Shown: positions 21,216 through 31,069 of the stretch, piece after piece
How positions within the stretch are numbered: the stretch's first letter is position 1
How the letters are laid out: each line of letters begins with the position of its first letter
NCBI GenBank assembly: GCA_045577985.1
Contig: JAZNJJ010000024.1
Span: forward strand, 82,041 to 146,040
Length of the DNA stretch: 64,000 nt
Direction: 5' to 3'
Source: Alphaproteobacteria bacterium
GTDB lineage: Bacteria; Pseudomonadota; Alphaproteobacteria; RF32; CAG-239
Notes under the pieces: generated by a model
Seen by the model: the letters and a program-made list of their open reading frames with translations, nothing else
Told to the model about the DNA's origin: nothing
The model's database searches: none
Program-made: the position numbers and the translations under genes

Positions 21216-21805
21216 ATCAATTTTATCAGCATAAATCCCCCAATTAAGAGGATTAAAAATAATATAGATAGCCATCCAAGATTTTTTTCGATGAATGTAC
21301 GCATTTTTTCGCCGTATACTTTAAGTAACCATGCAATTAAGAAGAAACGCATTCCTCTTGCTATTATAGAGGCAACGGTGAATACGACAATATTCAGATG
21401 AACAACGCCGCTTGCTATAGTGATTATTTTATATGGAAATGGTGTTATTCCAGCACCAAAGACAATCCAAGCTCCATATTCTTTGTATAAATCCTTAAAC
21501 GAATCGAATTTTTCTAAATAACCATAAAAATTAAGCAATGGTTCAGCAATTACGTTGAAAAAGAATACGCCGATAATATAACCTAGATATGCTCCTAGTA
21601 CGCTGGCTATGGTGCATGTTCCCGCGATTTTCCATGCTTGCTTAGGTGTTGCTAAAATCATTGGAATTAGCATGATATCCGGAGGAATCGGAAAAAATGA
21701 GCTTTCAATAAAAGAGATTATAAAAAGCCACACTAAGGCATGTTTATTCTCAGATAAATGAATTACTCCATCATATATTTGACGAACAAATTTTGAAAAC
21801 CACAT
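21212..21805 (-). CDS. DedA/YqaA-family membrane protein
   Basis: Polytopic membrane pattern with an N-terminus typical of the DedA (SNARE-associated) family. Confidence 0.55.
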   Translation of the reverse strand: MWFSKFVRQIYDGVIHLSENKHALVWLFIISFIESSFFPIPPDIMLIPMILATPKQAWKIAGTCTIASVLGAYLGYIIGVFFFNVIAEPLLNFYGYLEKFDSFKDLYKEYGAWIVFGAGITPFPYKIITIASGVVHLNIVVFTVASIIARGMRFFLIAWLLKVYGEKMRTFIEKNLGWLSILFLILLIGGFMLIKLI

Positions 21806-21840
21806 AAATTCCTCCTTAATACAGCGTGTATTAAGTAGTA

Positions 21841-22473
21841 TTAGTGTAAAAAATTTTGTATTTCAGTAATATATTGATCTCTATCCACATAAAAAATATG
21901 TTTATGGTTTAAGTGATGTCTGGCTGTGATATAAGGTAATGAATATTCAATACAGACTATTTTGGGAGTATTTTTTGCTAGATACAATCTAGCAGCATCT
22001 TCATTATGTACTTCAAAGTATGAATAATTTAATGAATCCAATTGTTGTCGAAATTTACCAGGTTTTTCATTATATGAACCGAGTAACATTATATCATGTT
22101 GTTTATTTCCCACGCAGTAGCTTTCTAAAATATCTATAAATTTTGGCATATTTAATGGTGTGTGTAGATAATGAGCTATTTGTGGAAATACCTTAAATTT
22201 GTATGATTGCGGTTTTAAAACAATTATAGGATATTTTTCTGGATTTATTTCTCGTCCCATGTGATTTATAGTTGATGTAGCTGCTGTATAATTTTCTTCT
22301 ATGTCAAAAATCATAACATCTGGGGTTATTTCTTTTGCATATTGAAGTAATTGATAGACATTATCTGTTCCAAACATTTGAAATGCATGCGAAGTGAAAA
22401 TATCCTTAAAAGCAGATAACATTGGTTTATTATCGTCATATATAAAAATACGTCCTAATGAAGATTGTTGCAT
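21841..22473 (-). CDS. hypothetical protein with an N-terminal receiver (CheY-like)-like domain
   Basis: IFIYDDNKP (acidic pair), DVMIFDIE (candidate phospho-Asp), PIIVLK; no HTH or other output domain seen. Confidence 0.3.
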   Translation of the reverse strand: MQQSSLGRIFIYDDNKPMLSAFKDIFTSHAFQMFGTDNVYQLLQYAKEITPDVMIFDIEENYTAATSTINHMGREINPEKYPIIVLKPQSYKFKVFPQIAHYLHTPLNMPKFIDILESYCVGNKQHDIMLLGSYNEKPGKFRQQLDSLNYSYFEVHNEDAARLYLAKNTPKIVCIEYSLPYITARHHLNHKHIFYVDRDQYITEIQNFLH

Positions 22474-22520
22474 ATTTCTATCCTTTCTTTTGATAGAAAT
22501 ATAATTACTATTTTGGAAGT

Positions 22521-23369
22521 TTAAACGGATGCATGTTGAAGAATGTAACCTTCATATGTATTTTGTAGAAGCATTGCTATTGTCATAGGTCCAACTCCTC
22601 CAGGTACAGGAGTTATTGCCTTGGCGTAGTCTTGTATATCTTCAAAGTCTATATCGCCACAAATTTTTCCATTTAATCTGTTTATACCAACATCAATAAG
22701 AATTGCATCTCTTTTTATCCAGTCTTTTTTTACAAGATTTGCAACTCCGCATGCTGCTACTATTATGTCAGCTTTTTGGGTTAAATCTTTAATATTTTTT
22801 GTATGAATGTGTGTTATTGTTACAGTGCATTCTTGGTTGAGCAATAATGTGGCTAGTGGTCTACCAACGATTAGAGAGGCTCCAATTATAACTACATTTT
22901 TACCTGTCAAATTAGGGTATTTTTCTTTTATCAGAGTCATTATTCCTAATGGAGTTGCGGCAACAAAATATGGTTTTTCGTTGTTCTGAAGCATACCGGT
23001 ATTGTATGGATGAAAACCATCAACATCTTTTAATGGGGATATTTTGTTTATGATGCGATTAGTGTTTAAGTGTTCTGGTAGAGGAAGCTGAACGATTATA
23101 CCATTTATATCTGGATCATTATTCATATCTTCAATGATATTTGTTATTTTTTCTTCTGAACATGATGTGGGGAAATGAAATAATTTCGTTTCAATCCCTA
23201 TTTCTTTTGCTGATTTTTGTTTGTTTTTTACGTAAATTAAACTAGCTTCATCGTCTCCTGCTAAAATAATTGCTAGTTTAGGTGTGATATTTTTTTCAGA
23301 TATTTTTAATCTTAAATCTTCTTTGATTTTATTAGATATTTTTCGACCATCAATAATTTGTGTTTTCAT
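22521..23369 (-). CDS. folD: bifunctional methylenetetrahydrofolate dehydrogenase/cyclohydrolase
   Basis: Length of about 282 aa with conserved FolD N-terminal and Rossmann motifs (GRKISNKI..., VVIIGASLIVGRPLA). Confidence 0.9.
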   Translation of the reverse strand: MKTQIIDGRKISNKIKEDLRLKISEKNITPKLAIILAGDDEASLIYVKNKQKSAKEIGIETKLFHFPTSCSEEKITNIIEDMNNDPDINGIIVQLPLPEHLNTNRIINKISPLKDVDGFHPYNTGMLQNNEKPYFVAATPLGIMTLIKEKYPNLTGKNVVIIGASLIVGRPLATLLLNQECTVTITHIHTKNIKDLTQKADIIVAACGVANLVKKDWIKRDAILIDVGINRLNGKICGDIDFEDIQDYAKAITPVPGGVGPMTIAMLLQNTYEGYILQHASV

Positions 23370-23370
23370 T

Positions 23371-23688
23371 TTATTTTTCCTTTTGTAAGGCTGATAATTT
23401 TAACGATGATGTTTCGCATTGTTCTATTGATATGTATATTTTTTTTAAATGATCAGTTTCACCACTTATTATTGATATAGTGTTTTTGGGGGTTTTTAAT
23501 TTTTTTGATAGCATCTTTATTAATTCTTTATTTGCCTTTCCTTTTTCCGGAGCGGTGGTTACATAAGCTTTTAAATATTTTATACCTTTTTCGTCTACAT
23601 AAATATTCCTAAATTCGCATAAAGATGCACTAGGAGTAAGTTTTATACGTATTATGTATCCTGTTTTATATAATTCAAAAAAACTCAT
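23371..23688 (-). CDS. DUF167 (YggU)-family protein
   Basis: Size of about 105 aa and adjacency to a yggT homolog, as in the yggT-yggU pair. Confidence 0.5.
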   Translation of the reverse strand: MSFFELYKTGYIIRIKLTPSASLCEFRNIYVDEKGIKYLKAYVTTAPEKGKANKELIKMLSKKLKTPKNTISIISGETDHLKKIYISIEQCETSSLKLSALQKEK

Positions 23689-23690
23689 TA

Positions 23691-24008
23691 TTACATATAT
23701 TGTTCAATCCAACGACTTAAATGAGTGATAAATGAACCAATAAATGCGATTATTAGTAATAGAGCGTATGGTGAAACATCATATCCAGAAATAGGGGGAA
23801 CTTTTTTGCTCACAAATTTATATGCGGGTTCTGTACAATTTTTGAGAATGGTCATTAATTTTTCTGCATATTTGTTACGAACTTCCAAAATGTTATAGTG
23901 TATTGCCCAGTACAATATAATATCAACTGCAACAACTTTAAAATATATATTTACAGCAAAGCCTAATATATCTAAAAATGGCATTAAAATTAATCCGATA
24001 ACCCCCAT
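23691..24008 (-). CDS. YggT-family membrane protein
   Basis: Small two-TM protein with YggT-like sequence (VDIILYW...). Confidence 0.55.
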   Translation of the reverse strand: MGVIGLILMPFLDILGFAVNIYFKVVAVDIILYWAIHYNILEVRNKYAEKLMTILKNCTEPAYKFVSKKVPPISGYDVSPYALLLIIAFIGSFITHLSRWIEQYM

Positions 24009-24118
24009 AATTTATCTCCTTGAAACTTTTATTTGTTAACTATTGAAGTACTCTTTGTTTTTTCTATCATAATAAAATTATTGATGTCAAACTTTCTTTT
24101 GCTATTATCACATTTAAT

Positions 24119-24838
24119 TTAATCTGTATTGCAATTTAGTATTTCCATTCTCAATTGGAATAACATGATTTTTGTTAGCCATTTTTTATATGAATAATTG
24201 ATGTTTAGATCTAAATCATTTTTATGGTCTATATTTAAATTTGTTCGTTCTTGCATACTGAGTGAATAATCATATCCTAAAGATTGAAGGGATTTAAGTA
24301 ACTTATATACAGCCTTAGCGGCTTCATATTCAGTTTTATCGGTTTTTACATTTTCTGAATTTCGTGTAAAGTTTTTTATTAAATCGTTTATTCCTCTAAG
24401 TCGACGGATATTAAGAGTTATTTCATCATAATCAGGAGAAGATAGATTATTAGATGTTTTAAGAAGTGATAAAGCGGAAAATAGGGTAAACTCAGTGCGT
24501 TCAATTTGAGTTATAAAATCACATCTTTCTTTATAATCTGATGATGAAATATATCCATCATTCATATTTTTTATTATGGAAGATGCTTCTTGTATGATTG
24601 TTTCATAGATGTCTTTAGGTGAATCTTTATAGCATTCGTGTAATAATGTTTTTCCGACACATTGCAATACTTCTTGGGGAATATAAGTTTTTTGCTCTAA
24701 ATTTATTACATAATTATCATAAGCAAAAATACTTTCTATAAGCAATATATGTGAGATTTTATCTTCTAAAAAAGGATAAGTTTTTTGAACAGCATTGTAT
24801 ATTATATTAAAATATTTACAATCGTCATAACGATTCAT
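24119..24838 (-). CDS. hypothetical protein (239 aa), translationally coupled to the upstream TerB-like gene
   Basis: Its start overlaps the stop of the 24838..25278 gene; no known domain. Confidence 0.45.
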   Translation of the reverse strand: MNRYDDCKYFNIIYNAVQKTYPFLEDKISHILLIESIFAYDNYVINLEQKTYIPQEVLQCVGKTLLHECYKDSPKDIYETIIQEASSIIKNMNDGYISSSDYKERCDFITQIERTEFTLFSALSLLKTSNNLSSPDYDEITLNIRRLRGINDLIKNFTRNSENVKTDKTEYEAAKAVYKLLKSLQSLGYDYSLSMQERTNLNIDHKNDLDLNINYSYKKWLTKIMLFQLRMEILNCNTD

Positions 24839-25278
24839 TAATCGTTCTCCTCAAAAATCAGCTTTGCTTGTTCAATCCAAATTATGCGATCAATAATCCA
24901 GTTACTAATTTGTTCAATTTTTTCCAGTTCTATTCCCATTTGTAAACCAACTTTTCCTATGAACATAACTTCTTTTTCGGATAGTATATTGTCAATGTGT
25001 GATAGAATACATAGTTCTCTTATAAGTTCCATTGCTAAATGGCGGTTTTTTATAATTTTTAAATCTTGGATAACCTTTTCTTCATTAATATTTTGAAAAA
25101 TATCATCAATGTTTTTGATTCCATGTGAAAAAGCTATATCTTTTATAAAATTTGTTTCTGATATATCTTTTATTCCATCAATTTGAGCTAAACATATTAG
25201 AGTTTGAAAAAAAACTTCTTTTTCTTTGGTTGAAGCTTGCGATAAATATGATGGTAAGATATTACTGATGTCTGACAT
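24838..25278 (-). CDS. TerB-like (tellurite-resistance TerB / DjlA N-domain-like) helical protein
   Basis: Two D-G/N-x5-E repeats (AQIDGIKDISETNF and SHIDNILSEKEVMF) in an all-helical protein of about 146 aa, as in PF05099; assigned from memory, not searched. Confidence 0.4.
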   Translation of the reverse strand: MSDISNILPSYLSQASTKEKEVFFQTLICLAQIDGIKDISETNFIKDIAFSHGIKNIDDIFQNINEEKVIQDLKIIKNRHLAMELIRELCILSHIDNILSEKEVMFIGKVGLQMGIELEKIEQISNWIIDRIIWIEQAKLIFEEND

Positions 25279-25406
25279 TGTAAACTCCTTAAGATATTAT
25301 GTTTAATAATATAGAGAATAAGAATATTTTGCAATATAAAAAAATGTTTGAAAAATATTAAGGATTAGCGTAGATAATGATATTATAATTAAATAAGGAT
25401 ATTGAA

Positions 25407-26741
25407 GTGGTGAAGAAATATTTTATAAAAACTTTCGGTTGTCAAATGAATGTATATGATTCTTCTCGGATTGCAGATATGCTAAAAAAAGAAGGATATG
25501 AAGAAACTCCGAAACAGTTTGAAGCAGATGTGGTATTATTTAATACTTGCCATATCAGAGAAAAGGCATCAGAAAAATTATTCTCTGATTTAGGACGTGC
25601 TAATTTGATAAAGTTAGAAAGAGCTGAATTAGGAAAAAGAACAATAATAGGTGTTTCAGGTTGTGTGGTTCAAGCTGAAGATGAGCAGATTATTAAAAGG
25701 GCTCCTTTTGTTGATTTTGCAGTGGGGCCGTTGATGTATCATAAGATTCCTGAAATATTAAGAAAAATCGAAACTCAAAAAGATTATGAAAGTATTGTAA
25801 ATACTGATTTCCCTGCAGATAGTAAATTTGATTTTCTACCAAAGAATAAAGCTCAAGGAGCTTGTTCTTATTTGGCTGTTCAGGAAGGATGTAACAATTT
25901 TTGTACTTATTGTGTTGTTCCATATACTCGTGGGGCTGAATATTCCCGTCCTGTTTGTGATGTAATAGAAGAAGCAAAGAGATTGGTAGAAACTGGAACT
26001 TTAGAAATTAATTTATTGGGGCAAAATGTTAATTCTTACCATGGAGAAGATGAAACTGATAAAGAACGTAATTTGGCTTATTTGTTGCACAGAATTGCGG
26101 AAATAGACGGATTGAAGCGTATTAGATATACAACATCTTATCCTGCAGATGTTGATGACGATCTGATTTCTTGTCATAAAGATATTGATATTTTGATGCC
26201 TTATTTACATTTACCAATTCAGTCCGGTTCTGATAAGATATTGAAGGCTATGAACAGAAGACATAATTCATCTGATTATCTACGAATCGTTGAAAAATTA
26301 CAAAACGCAAATTCTAATTTGCGGATGTCATCTGATTTTATTGTTGGTTTTCCAGGGGAAACAGATGCAGATTTTCAAGCTACTTTAGATATCGTCAATA
26401 AAGTAAAATATATTCAGGCTTTTTCGTTTAAATATAGTAGAAGACCAGGTACACCTGCTGCCGTTATGGATAATCAAATTGAAGAAAAAGTGAAAAAAGA
26501 ACGTTTGGATATATTACAAACACTCTTATTCTCATATCAAGAAAAGTTTAATAAATCGTGTGTAGGAAAAGTAATGCCCGTTTTATTTGAACAAAAAGGA
26601 CGACATAAAGGGCAAATTATTGGACGTACTCCTTATATGCAAAATTTGCATATAGAAACAAAAAGTGATAATATGAATAAAATAGTTGATGTTAAGGTGA
26701 CAGAAGCTACAACAAACTCTCTTAGTGGAAAGGAATTATGA
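25407..26741 (+). CDS. miaB: tRNA-2-methylthio-N6-dimethylallyladenosine synthase
   Basis: Radical-SAM CNNFCTYC motif plus UPF0004 and TRAM domain layout. Confidence 0.9.
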   Translation: MVKKYFIKTFGCQMNVYDSSRIADMLKKEGYEETPKQFEADVVLFNTCHIREKASEKLFSDLGRANLIKLERAELGKRTIIGVSGCVVQAEDEQIIKRAPFVDFAVGPLMYHKIPEILRKIETQKDYESIVNTDFPADSKFDFLPKNKAQGACSYLAVQEGCNNFCTYCVVPYTRGAEYSRPVCDVIEEAKRLVETGTLEINLLGQNVNSYHGEDETDKERNLAYLLHRIAEIDGLKRIRYTTSYPADVDDDLISCHKDIDILMPYLHLPIQSGSDKILKAMNRRHNSSDYLRIVEKLQNANSNLRMSSDFIVGFPGETDADFQATLDIVNKVKYIQAFSFKYSRRPGTPAAVMDNQIEEKVKKERLDILQTLLFSYQEKFNKSCVGKVMPVLFEQKGRHKGQIIGRTPYMQNLHIETKSDNMNKIVDVKVTEATTNSLSGKEL

Positions 26742-27708
26742 TATGGCGGAATTATGTTTTGAATTGTTTAATAATCAATTGGTTCAGCAACTAGTTGGTG
26801 CTGCAGATAGTAATTTGAAATTAATTGAGAAAATGTTAAATGTTGAAATACTAAGTTTTGGTAATCAAATTACGGTAAAAGGTGCGCAAAGTGACGTGGA
26901 AAATGCAAAAACTGCTATAGAGATTTTGTATAATAAAGTAAGTAAAGGAATCGATGTAGGAGAGCAAGAAGTTAAAGCTGCTGTGAGAATGAGTGGAGAT
27001 TGTCATACAGAAGATGAAAAACATAATTTAAACGATATTGTGTTAAAAACTAAAAAAAGATATATTTATCCTCGTTCAGCAACACAAGCTAAGTATATTC
27101 AAGAGATGATGAAAAATGAATTGGTTTTTGGCTTAGGACCAGCGGGTACAGGTAAAACTTATTTGGCTGTGGCTCTTGCCGTATCGATGATGTTAGAGGG
27201 GACAATTGATAAAATTATTTTATCTCGTCCTGCTGTCGAAGCTGGTGAAAATTTAGGATTCTTACCAGGGGATTTGAAAGAAAAAGTGGATCCATATTTA
27301 CGTCCATTATATGATGCATTGTATGAAATGCTTCCAGCTGAGCAAGTAGATAAAAAATTGGCATTGGGAGAAATTGAAATTGCTCCTTTAGCTTTTATGC
27401 GTGGTAGAACTCTTTCCAATTCATTTATTATACTAGATGAGGCTCAGAATACTACGCCTATGCAGATGAAGATGTTTCTGACTCGTTTGGGTGAAAATTC
27501 TAGAATGGTGGTAAATGGTGATTTGAGCCAAGTTGATTTGCCTCGTGGTGTAATATCAGGTTTGAGAGATGCTTTAGAAACATTGCGTAATGTTTCTAAT
27601 ATATCATCTGTATCGTTTAGTTCTACTGATGTAGTTAGACATGGGTTAGTTGCTAAAATTGTTCAAGCATATGAAGAAAAAAGTAAAAAACAGCAGGAAA
27701 ATGACTGA
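26725..27708 (+). CDS. ybeZ: PhoH-like ATPase (YbeZ)
   Basis: Walker A GPAGTGKTYLAVA and the conserved miaB-phoH-ybeY order. Confidence 0.9.
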   Translation: MERNYDMAELCFELFNNQLVQQLVGAADSNLKLIEKMLNVEILSFGNQITVKGAQSDVENAKTAIEILYNKVSKGIDVGEQEVKAAVRMSGDCHTEDEKHNLNDIVLKTKKRYIYPRSATQAKYIQEMMKNELVFGLGPAGTGKTYLAVALAVSMMLEGTIDKIILSRPAVEAGENLGFLPGDLKEKVDPYLRPLYDALYEMLPAEQVDKKLALGEIEIAPLAFMRGRTLSNSFIILDEAQNTTPMQMKMFLTRLGENSRMVVNGDLSQVDLPRGVISGLRDALETLRNVSNISSVSFSSTDVVRHGLVAKIVQAYEEKSKKQQEND

Positions 27709-28222
27709 TATAATATTAGATACTACGATTGATAATGAGCGTTGGTGTAGAGCTATCAACGATGTTGAGGGTTTGATTAATAAAGTAAAAGATATTACTT
27801 TTTCATATTTACTGGAAAATGAAAATATTACTATTTTAAGAAGTGAAAAGATTAAAAGAATATCTATTTGTTTAAGTGATGATGCCCATATTTGGGCATT
27901 GAATAAGGAATTTAGAGGAATTGATAAACCAACAAATGTGTTATCTTTTGCAAATATAGATTTTGAAAATTTTGCTTCAGAAAATGATATTTTTTCCGAA
28001 ATTGAAATTGGAGATATTATTATTGCTTTAGAAACTTTAGAAAGAGAAGCATCTTTAGAAAAGATTTCATTAGAAGATCATTTTTGTCATCTATTATTGC
28101 ATGGTTTTTTGCATTTATGTGGCTATGATCATATGGATGATGAAGAGGCTGAATATATGGAAAATTTAGAAATAAAAATATTAGCAATGTTAAATATAGG
28201 TAATCCATATCAGGAGAAATAA
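27650..28222 (+). CDS. ybeY: rRNA maturation endoribonuclease YbeY
   Basis: HGFLHLCGYDH zinc-binding motif. Confidence 0.85.
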   Translation: MLKLFKHMKKKVKNSRKMTDIILDTTIDNERWCRAINDVEGLINKVKDITFSYLLENENITILRSEKIKRISICLSDDAHIWALNKEFRGIDKPTNVLSFANIDFENFASENDIFSEIEIGDIIIALETLEREASLEKISLEDHFCHLLLHGFLHLCGYDHMDDEEAEYMENLEIKILAMLNIGNPYQEK

Positions 28223-28224
28223 TA

Positions 28225-29121
28225 ATGGACGATAACAAGCAAGATAATGTGGGATTTTGGAATTGTATTTGCCAGTATTTTAGTCATAAAGAAACTGTTC
28301 GTGAAACTATTGAAGATTTAATAGAAGAAGCAGGGGGAGCAGGAGAACACTGCCAATTTAGTGAGCATGAGCAATTATTGTTAAATAATATTCTTTATTT
28401 GAAAGATAAAAAATGTTCTCAAGTTATGGTTCCAAGAGCAGAAATTATTGCTTTTCAAAAAGATGGAAATGTTGAAGAACTTGCTAAGTTAATGATTGAA
28501 AGAGGTCATTCTCGTATACCTGTATATGGTGAAACATTAGATGATATTTTAGGCATAGTTCATATTATTGATGTAGCAAAATATTTAATGAAGGGAAATA
28601 ATAAAATAAAAGCAGAAAATTTGATAAGTAATAAGGTCAAATTTGTTTCTCCGGCAATGAGAGTGTTAGATTTGTTGCGCGATATGCAAAAAAACAAAGT
28701 TCATATTGCTATGGTCGTAGATGAATATGGAGGAATTGATGGTTTAGTGACTATTGAAGATTTATTAGAAGAAATTGTTGGTGATATTGAAGATGAGTAT
28801 GATATTGATGTTGAACCTGAGATCACTATTCAATCTAAAAATGTCATAATAGCAGATGCAAAAGCTGAGTTAACAGATTTGGAAGAAAAGACAGGATTAA
28901 ATCTACGCGATAATATTGAAGAAGATGAAGAAGGTGAAGTTGATACTTTAGGTGGATTGGTGTTTTTAATGATTGAACGAGTTCCTCAACGAGGTGAGGT
29001 TATTGAAGGAAAAAATGGTATAAGATTTAGAATCCTAGATGTTGATTCTCGTCATATAAAGAAAATTATGATTGTAAAGAAGAATGAAGATAATGTTGAT
29101 GGAGATAGTGAAAAAAATTGA
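28225..29121 (+). CDS. corC: CBS-pair / CorC_HlyC transporter-associated domain protein
   Basis: CBS domain pair plus C-terminal CorC/HlyC domain, in its conserved position after ybeY. Confidence 0.8.
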   Translation: MDDNKQDNVGFWNCICQYFSHKETVRETIEDLIEEAGGAGEHCQFSEHEQLLLNNILYLKDKKCSQVMVPRAEIIAFQKDGNVEELAKLMIERGHSRIPVYGETLDDILGIVHIIDVAKYLMKGNNKIKAENLISNKVKFVSPAMRVLDLLRDMQKNKVHIAMVVDEYGGIDGLVTIEDLLEEIVGDIEDEYDIDVEPEITIQSKNVIIADAKAELTDLEEKTGLNLRDNIEEDEEGEVDTLGGLVFLMIERVPQRGEVIEGKNGIRFRILDVDSRHIKKIMIVKKNEDNVDGDSEKN

Positions 29122-30634
29122 AAAAATTTTTTTCACTAAGAGGAAAAGTAGTGCCGTTATTTTAGGAATGATGCTTTCAGGAGCTCTACCTCCGTATTTT
29201 CAATTGTGGATGGCTATAGTTTCTTTTTCTGGTTTAATTTATCTTCTATCAAAAGAAGATAAATTAAAGAAATTATTTGTAATTGGTTATTGTTTTGGTT
29301 TTGGTTTCTTTTCTTGTGGTTTTTATTGGATTGGTAATGCTTTATTGGTTGATATGGTACATACGGGATGGTTATATCCAATAGTATTATTTCTAAATGG
29401 TGCTTTTTTTGGTTTATTTATAACTATTCCAGCGATGATAACTGTATTTGGAAAAAATATTTTATCAAAAGTTCTGTTTTTTGCTGCATCGTGGGGAATT
29501 TTTGCAGAGTGGTTTAGGGGATTTTTTCTTACGGGTTTTCCTTGGAATCCTATTAGTTCTGTTTTGTCTTTTAGTTATGAGATGTTACAGATATTGGCAA
29601 TTTTCGGGACATATGGCACGTCGATATTGGTTGTATTATTTTCTTCTTTACCGGTTATTTATTTGGTTAAAAGGAATAAAATAATAATTTTTCTGTTTCT
29701 CTTTTTTCCGTTCGCCGTATGGTTGTATGGATATTATAATTTTGTTCCATATGATGAGGCGGCTTCTGAAAGAAATATAAAAGTTAGACTTGTTCAGCCG
29801 AGTATTCCTCAAGAAATTAAATGGGACAAGCAGACAATAGAAAATAATTTTAATAAATATATAGATTTGAGTGTGAAAAAAGATAATTCAGATGTAGATT
29901 TTATTGTATGGGGTGAAACTGCATCACCATTTGATTTTATTTATGATATGGAACATCGTATTTCAGCTGCTTCAATTGTTCCCCAAAAAGGCTACCTTAT
30001 AAGCGGTTTTCTACGACGAGAATTTAATGGTAATTATTATATACCATATAATTCTTTGGCGGTTATTAATGCTGATGCAAATGTAATTGATTCATATGAT
30101 AAAAGCCATTTAGTTCCTTTTGGGGAATATATTCCGTTTCGAAAGATTTTACCAAATTGGATTAGACCTATTGCGAATAATGTTGCGGAATTTGGTCGAG
30201 GTATTAAGTACCAGACGATTAATATCGGTAATTTCCCGACAATGGCACCTCTTATTTGTTATGAGATAATTTTTTCAGATAATATAGTGCGTAAAAAGGA
30301 TAATCCGTTATGGGCAGTGGTTTTAACAAATGATGGATGGTATGGTATAAGTTCTGGGCCTTATCAGCATTTAGTTGCTGCGCAGATGCGAGCAATTGAA
30401 GAAGGAATATCTATAGTAAGGAGCGCAAATAGTGGTATAAGTGCTGTTATTACTCCGTATGGTGAAATATTAGGAGAAATTCTTTTGGCTGAAGAAGGAT
30501 TTTCTGATGTTGTAATTAAGGTTGATATGGCTCACGAAACATTATTTGGATCTTATGGAAATACTATTCCAATTTTATTAGGTATTTTCATATTGATACT
30601 TGCTTGGATGTTTCAATATTTAAAATTATATTAG
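29084..30634 (+). CDS. lnt: apolipoprotein N-acyltransferase
   Basis: N-terminal multi-TM region followed by a CN-hydrolase domain (LICYEIIF catalytic Cys region). Confidence 0.85.
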   Translation: MKIMLMEIVKKIEKIFFTKRKSSAVILGMMLSGALPPYFQLWMAIVSFSGLIYLLSKEDKLKKLFVIGYCFGFGFFSCGFYWIGNALLVDMVHTGWLYPIVLFLNGAFFGLFITIPAMITVFGKNILSKVLFFAASWGIFAEWFRGFFLTGFPWNPISSVLSFSYEMLQILAIFGTYGTSILVVLFSSLPVIYLVKRNKIIIFLFLFFPFAVWLYGYYNFVPYDEAASERNIKVRLVQPSIPQEIKWDKQTIENNFNKYIDLSVKKDNSDVDFIVWGETASPFDFIYDMEHRISAASIVPQKGYLISGFLRREFNGNYYIPYNSLAVINADANVIDSYDKSHLVPFGEYIPFRKILPNWIRPIANNVAEFGRGIKYQTINIGNFPTMAPLICYEIIFSDNIVRKKDNPLWAVVLTNDGWYGISSGPYQHLVAAQMRAIEEGISIVRSANSGISAVITPYGEILGEILLAEEGFSDVVIKVDMAHETLFGSYGNTIPILLGIFILILAWMFQYLKLY

Positions 30635-31069
30635 CTTTTCTATTTCAGTTTTTATTTCTACAGGAATTCTAGTTGGTTTATGGGTTGCAATGTTCATGTG
30701 GACAGCTTTTATCTCAATAGAAGCTAAAATTTCGTCATTTCTGATAATATTTTGTTGCATAATTATATATGCTCCACCAATTTCTATAACTTTACAACTC
30801 ACTACTAAAGTATCATCTAAGAAGGCTGAAGATAGATATTCAACATGGCATGAACGGACGACAAATCCGGTTTGTGTCGTTTCTAATTTATCTTGCTGAC
30901 TAATATTGATTATTCTCAAAAATTCAGTTCTTGCTCTTTCTGCAAATTTTAGATAATTTGCATAGTAAACAATTCCTCCCGCATCTGTATCTTCATAATA
31001 AATGCGTATGGGGTAAACGAAAGTTTTTTCAATAATTTTTCCACTTGTTGGTGAGATATCATAAGACAT
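30626..31069 (-). CDS. ybgC: YbgC-type acyl-CoA thioesterase (4HBT fold)
   Basis: Hot-dog fold motifs and position immediately downstream of ruvB. Confidence 0.7.
   Translation of the reverse strand: MSYDISPTSGKIIEKTFVYPIRIYYEDTDAGGIVYYANYLKFAERARTEFLRIINISQQDKLETTQTGFVVRSCHVEYLSSAFLDDTLVVSCKVIEIGGAYIIMQQNIIRNDEILASIEIKAVHMNIATHKPTRIPVEIKTEIEKLI

Noticed and set aside
25407-30634. Rhizobiales (Bartonella/Liberibacter-like) origin, suggested by the AT-rich miaB-phoH-ybeY-corC-lnt region.
   Set aside because: The window encodes a full MreB/MreC/MreD/PBP2/RodA set, which Rhizobiales lack. The operon order is broadly proteobacterial and not diagnostic.
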